DNA of 64,000 nt from Planctomycetia bacterium (GTDB lineage Bacteria > Planctomycetota > UBA8108 > UBA1146): the NCBI GenBank assembly GCA_012269595.1, contig JAAXJX010000023.1:996-64995 (forward strand). Direction: 5' to 3'. Position 1 is the stretch's first letter, and every line of letters starts with the position of its first letter. Below are positions 60,304-64,000 of the stretch, one piece after another. The translations under genes and the position numbers were made by a program. The notes under the pieces are model-generated. The model did not search any database. It worked only from the letters and a program-made list of their open reading frames with translations, and was not told the origin of the DNA.

Positions 60304-60500
60304 GGAGGCCCTTTCTGGCAGGGGGAGCGGGAAAGGCAGACAGCCTTTCGGTTCCCGGTTACCTTATAGGAGTAATCTGTCGCTTCCCGCCTGAAGATGC
60401 AAGGAAAGCCGGCAGTTCGGACGTGTTGGCAGGCCTGAGATCCGGTCCCTGAGGATCTGTTTCAGTCCTATTTTCAGTGCCCATTTTGAAGGAGATCCCG

Positions 60501-61580
60501 GTGGCCAAGGTTCTGATGGCGATGAGCGGTGGAGTCGATTCCAGCGTGGCTGCCCAGATGCTCCAGGCTGAGGGTCACGAAGTGATCGGTGCCTTCCTGC
60601 GCCTCGGCGAAGGGGGCCACGCTGCCGAGAAGAGCAAGGCGTGCTGTACGGTGGAAGATGCCATCGATGCCCGCCGGGTAGCGGACCGCCTCGATATCCC
60701 CTTCTACTCCTTCAACTACGCCGAACGCTTCCGTCGCATCATCGACTACTTCGTCGATGAATACCGCGATGGCCGCACCCCCAACCCCTGTGCCCGTTGC
60801 AACCAATGGATCAAGTTTGATGTCTTCCACGACCTCGCCCGCGAGCTCGGTGCGGAATACGTCGCCACCGGTCACTACGCGCGCATCATTGAAGAGTCGG
60901 ATGGGCCCCGTCTCGCCCGCGGCATCGATGGAGACAAGGATCAGTCCTACTTTCTGGCGACCATCCCGTACCCGGTTCTGAAAGAATGCCTGTTTCCAGT
61001 GGGTCACCTGCACAAGCAGGAGGTGCGTGAGAAAGCCGGTCTCGGACATTTGCCCGTGGTCGACAAGGCGGAGAGTCAGGAGATCTGTTTCGTTCCCGCC
61101 AATGACTACCGAAGAGTGATTCGCCAGCAGGCTCCGGAGAGTCTCGTCGAAGGGGATATCGTCGATGAGTCCGGGGACAAGCTCGGGACTCACGAGGGAT
61201 ACGCCGCCTACACCGTCGGCCAGCGCCGCGGTCTGGGAGTGGCCTCCACCGAGCCGAAGTACGTCGTCAAAACCGATCGCCAGACCAATCAGGTCGTCCT
61301 CGGCACCCGCGACTCACTGATGGAGGATCGGTTCTACGTCTCCGAAATGAACTGGCTGCTGCCGGAAGCGCCCACCATGCCGCTGAAGTGCTCGGTGCAG
61401 ATCCGCCACGGCGGTGCGCCGCAGCCATGCACCGTCCAATCCCAGGAGATCGAGGGGGTCGACGGCAGCTGGCTCGAGGTGGTCCTCGAAAAACCGCTCT
61501 TCGCCATCGCTTCGGGACAGGTCGCCGCCTTCTACACCGAAGACACGGTGCTCGGCGGTGGCTGGATCGAGAAGGCGTGA
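60501..61580 (+). CDS. mnmA: tRNA-specific 2-thiouridylase
   Basis: [43 protein letters not shown]. Confidence 0.97.
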   Translation: MAKVLMAMSGGVDSSVAAQMLQAEGHEVIGAFLRLGEGGHAAEKSKACCTVEDAIDARRVADRLDIPFYSFNYAERFRRIIDYFVDEYRDGRTPNPCARCNQWIKFDVFHDLARELGAEYVATGHYARIIEESDGPRLARGIDGDKDQSYFLATIPYPVLKECLFPVGHLHKQEVREKAGLGHLPVVDKAESQEICFVPANDYRRVIRQQAPESLVEGDIVDESGDKLGTHEGYAAYTVGQRRGLGVASTEPKYVVKTDRQTNQVVLGTRDSLMEDRFYVSEMNWLLPEAPTMPLKCSVQIRHGGAPQPCTVQSQEIEGVDGSWLEVVLEKPLFAIASGQVAAFYTEDTVLGGGWIEKA

Positions 61581-62059
61581 CCTTGGACTCCCGTTGGCTC
61601 GATGAACAGCTCGGCAACTGGGTCAGCGATTTCCTCATCGATGACGCCGGGCAAAAGGTCTCAAAAGAGATGGCTCCCCATGCCGGTGGAATTCTCAAGG
61701 CCTTTATCACTGCGGCCTGTGAATACCAGGGCAACACCGCTGACCAGCTGGGTGAAGATGATATTCGTCACAGTCTGCTCGATCATCTCCCCCGCCTCGA
61801 TCTGCCTTTGTCGATCAAGAGTGGCATTCCCGAGATCCTGAGGGGATTTGTGGAAGATCTGGGTCAGCGGGGTCGACTCGCTGAATCGCAAACGCTGAGT
61901 GCGCTGATTCACGCCCTCACCCCCGAGTACCTGCAACGGATTGAGGGCAAGACTCCGACCCTGACCCGGGTGGCAGCCAAGATCGGTCGCAACGATCCGT
62001 GCCCCTGCGGCAGTGGCAAAAAATACAAGAAGTGCTGCCTCAATCTTCTGGACTCCTGA
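61577..62059 (+). CDS. SEC-C motif protein
   Basis: C-terminal [24 protein letters not shown] overlap with mnmA. Confidence 0.85.
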   Translation: MTLDSRWLDEQLGNWVSDFLIDDAGQKVSKEMAPHAGGILKAFITAACEYQGNTADQLGEDDIRHSLLDHLPRLDLPLSIKSGIPEILRGFVEDLGQRGRLAESQTLSALIHALTPEYLQRIEGKTPTLTRVAAKIGRNDPCPCGSGKKYKKCCLNLLDS

Positions 62060-62066
62060 TCCACAC

Positions 62067-62106
62067 AAAAAAATCCCTCCCCGTGAACCGAAGTCCACGA
62101 GGAGGG
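62067..62106 (-). terminator. Intrinsic terminator of the PKD gene
   Basis: Minus strand CCCTCCTCGTGGAC-TTCG-GTTCACGGGGAGGG, then ATTTTTTT. Confidence 0.8.
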
Positions 62107-62135
62107 GGGATGGGCCGTCCATGAGGAATTTTCAA

Positions 62136-64000
62136 TCAGGGCGCCGGTGTCACATCGATCTGGATCGGTTCCATGACCGGAGCGATGGAAACATTGTCCA
62201 CCACCAGAACTGAAATGATCGGCGGATTGCCCAGAGTGTTGCAGAACTGCAGCGAGGTGCTGCCTTCCTGTAATCCCGAGTAGGTGATCCGGTTGATCTC
62301 CAGATCCTGAGTGGCAGGAAGGGTCGCCGAGGCGGTGAAACTGATCACCACTCCCGCGGTATAACCATCCGCATGAATCTGCGTGATCTCGAAGTCGGGC
62401 GGGTTGCCGTTGTTGATGGTGGTCAAACCCAATCCGCCCTCTGCACTCACACAGTTGAGAGACAGGTTGTCGTGGCACAGACCATAACTCCAGGCCTGAA
62501 CTTCTGACCCGGCTTCATTGTGATCGAGGCGGATGCTGACTTCGGTGGTCTCCCCCACTGCCACTGAGGAATCGGTTCCCTCAAGGCGGTAGGGCGGTGC
62601 TTCAGTCACCGTGATGCAAACCGGGCAGATCACGGTGTCATTGCCGGCAGGGCCGGAGACTACAAGCGTGATGGAGTAGTTGCCGGGTGTCATGAAGGTG
62701 TGCGACGGATTCTGCAGCACCGAAATACCACCATCTCCAAAGTTCCAGAACCAGAAGTTGATTTCACCCTGGGAGTTGTCGGAGAAGTTGACCGTGAAGG
62801 GAGCCTCTCCCACCACTGAGTCGATCTGCATATTGGCGATCGGCGGCGGAGACTGGACCTCGGCACAACCGAGACAGATCTTCGTATCGGATCCACCGGG
62901 GCCGGTGACGGTCAGCGTGATGTCATAGCTTCCGGACGAGGCGTAGGAATGGGTCGGATTCTGCTCGGTGGAAGTCGCTCCATCTCCGAACTGCCACAAC
63001 CATGAATCGATCACTCCGGTGGAGAGATCGGTGAAGCCGATGCTCATGTCGTAGATTCCCCCGACCGGCTGGGCCGCAAGATCGGCGACAGGTGGCAACT
63101 CCTGAATGAAGATGCAGTCGGTGCACACATGGGTATCGGTTCCACCCGGTCCGGTCACCGTCAGGCTGACCGTGTAAGTCCCGGATGCCGCGTAAGAGTG
63201 AACCGGCTGGGCAAGGGTCGAAGTCGTTCCGTCACCGAAGTCCCACAGGTGGGAGGTCACCGGGTTTGTGGACAGATCGGTGAAGGTCAGATCGTCTCCG
63301 ATGACTGCACTGTCTGTTGAAACACTGAAGTTGGCCACTGGAGCCGGGTCGAGAACGGTGATGCAATCGGTGCAGACCATCGTGTCACTGCCGCCGGGAC
63401 CGTTGACCGTCAGGGTCACCACGTAGGTGCCCGGTGTGGTGTAGGTGTGCAGCGGATTCTCTGCGCTGGAGGTACTGCCGTCCCCAAAGCTCCAGAGGTA
63501 ACCACTGATGGGCCCCGTGGATTCATTGGTGAACTGGACCGGCAGATCCCAGGTGCCCGACGTGGTCGAGGCAGAGAAAGCAGCACTGGGCGGCGGCGAA
63601 GCCACGGTAATGCAGGAACCACAGATGGCCGTATCAGTGCCACCCGGACCAGTCACCGTCAAGGTCACCGTAAACAGTCCTGCAGAGGTGTAGGTGTGGG
63701 TCGGGTTCTCCTCGGTTGAGGTCGAACCATCACCAAAGTTCCATGCATAGCTGGTCACGGGCCCGGTCGAAGTGTTGGTGAACTGGACCGCAAGATCGTA
63801 GATGCCGGAGTTTACGGAAACATCGAAGGACGCCACCGGCGCCGGATCTTCGACGCGAATGCAGCCTTGACAGATCTCCGTATCGGAGCCTCCGGGACCG
63901 GTCACGGTGAGGGAGACGGTGTAATCCCCCGCAGTCGTGTAGGTATGACTGGGAGAAGCCATCGATGAAGAGCTGCCGTCACCAAAGTCCCACAGGTAAC
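62136..64000 (-). CDS. Multi-PKD protein with C-terminal cohesin-like domain (5' end outside window)
   Basis: Repeated WxFGDG...NPxHTY...LTVTGPGG units, 5 complete plus 1 partial; the C-terminal ~150 aa resembles the N-terminal domain of 25955-27304. Confidence 0.88.
   Translation of the reverse strand, partial: YLWDFGDGSSSSMASPSHTYTTAGDYTVSLTVTGPGGSDTEICQGCIRVEDPAPVASFDVSVNSGIYDLAVQFTNTSTGPVTSYAWNFGDGSTSTEENPTHTYTSAGLFTVTLTVTGPGGTDTAICGSCITVASPPPSAAFSASTTSGTWDLPVQFTNESTGPISGYLWSFGDGSTSSAENPLHTYTTPGTYVVTLTVNGPGGSDTMVCTDCITVLDPAPVANFSVSTDSAVIGDDLTFTDLSTNPVTSHLWDFGDGTTSTLAQPVHSYAASGTYTVSLTVTGPGGTDTHVCTDCIFIQELPPVADLAAQPVGGIYDMSIGFTDLSTGVIDSWLWQFGDGATSTEQNPTHSYASSGSYDITLTVTGPGGSDTKICLGCAEVQSPPPIANMQIDSVVGEAPFTVNFSDNSQGEINFWFWNFGDGGISVLQNPSHTFMTPGNYSITLVVSGPAGNDTVICPVCITVTEAPPYRLEGTDSSVAVGETTEVSIRLDHNEAGSEVQAWSYGLCHDNLSLNCVSAEGGLGLTTINNGNPPDFEITQIHADGYTAGVVISFTASATLPATQDLEINRITYSGLQEGSTSLQFCNTLGNPPIISVLVVDNVSIAPVMEPIQIDVTPAP
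62600..64000 (-). repeat. Intragenic tandem PKD repeats, period 249 bp (83 aa)
   Basis: Left ends of the CxxC-coding segments lie at 62616, 62865, 63114, 63363, 63612 and 63861, each exactly 249 bp apart. Confidence 0.9.

Noticed and set aside
59176..60369. 397-aa plus-strand ORF
   Set aside because: Antisense shadow of the acyl-CoA dehydrogenase
62600..64000. CRISPR array or multiheme cytochrome
   Set aside because: Repeats are in-frame diverged protein domains, and the CxxC motifs lack the following His

Overview
Bacterial chromosomal window, densely coding and GC-rich. The right-hand third looks more GC-rich by spot counts. Gene content suggests an uncultured Planctomycetota-like organism: FRRGD-type dockerin, zinc-ribbon SpoVG, exported HEAT and vWA proteins, Gld-type ABC system and kdsA. 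This assignment is inference. Most of the window is housekeeping: dsbD (partial), kdsA, psd-pssA-folK-panC-ispE-spoVG, eno-ftsB-like, ruvB-spoIID-tgt-yajC-secDF, ribBA, tdk, M32 carboxypeptidase, GldAFG-like ABC, tRNA-Leu(TAG), apgM, acyl-CoA dehydrogenase and mnmA. No CRISPR array, integrase, transposase or prophage was seen. Best leads: (1) two unlinked surface proteins share a cohesin-like domain. One is cohesin-FN3-FN3-dockerin; the other is a PKD stalk with an exact 249-bp repeat period, each repeat ending in CxxC. Together they suggest a cohesin/dockerin surface scaffold with no visible enzymes. (2) A coupled Ser/Thr kinase-ATPase-TPR gene and a GAF-sigma54 activator with apparently two Fis-type HTHs. 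(3) A +1 frameshifted FAD-oxidoreductase/membrane 4Fe-4S gene. (4) Free-standing tRNA-editing domains, including an archaeal-type ThrRS editing domain. All calls come from motif reading only; no database searches were run, and some start codons are estimates.
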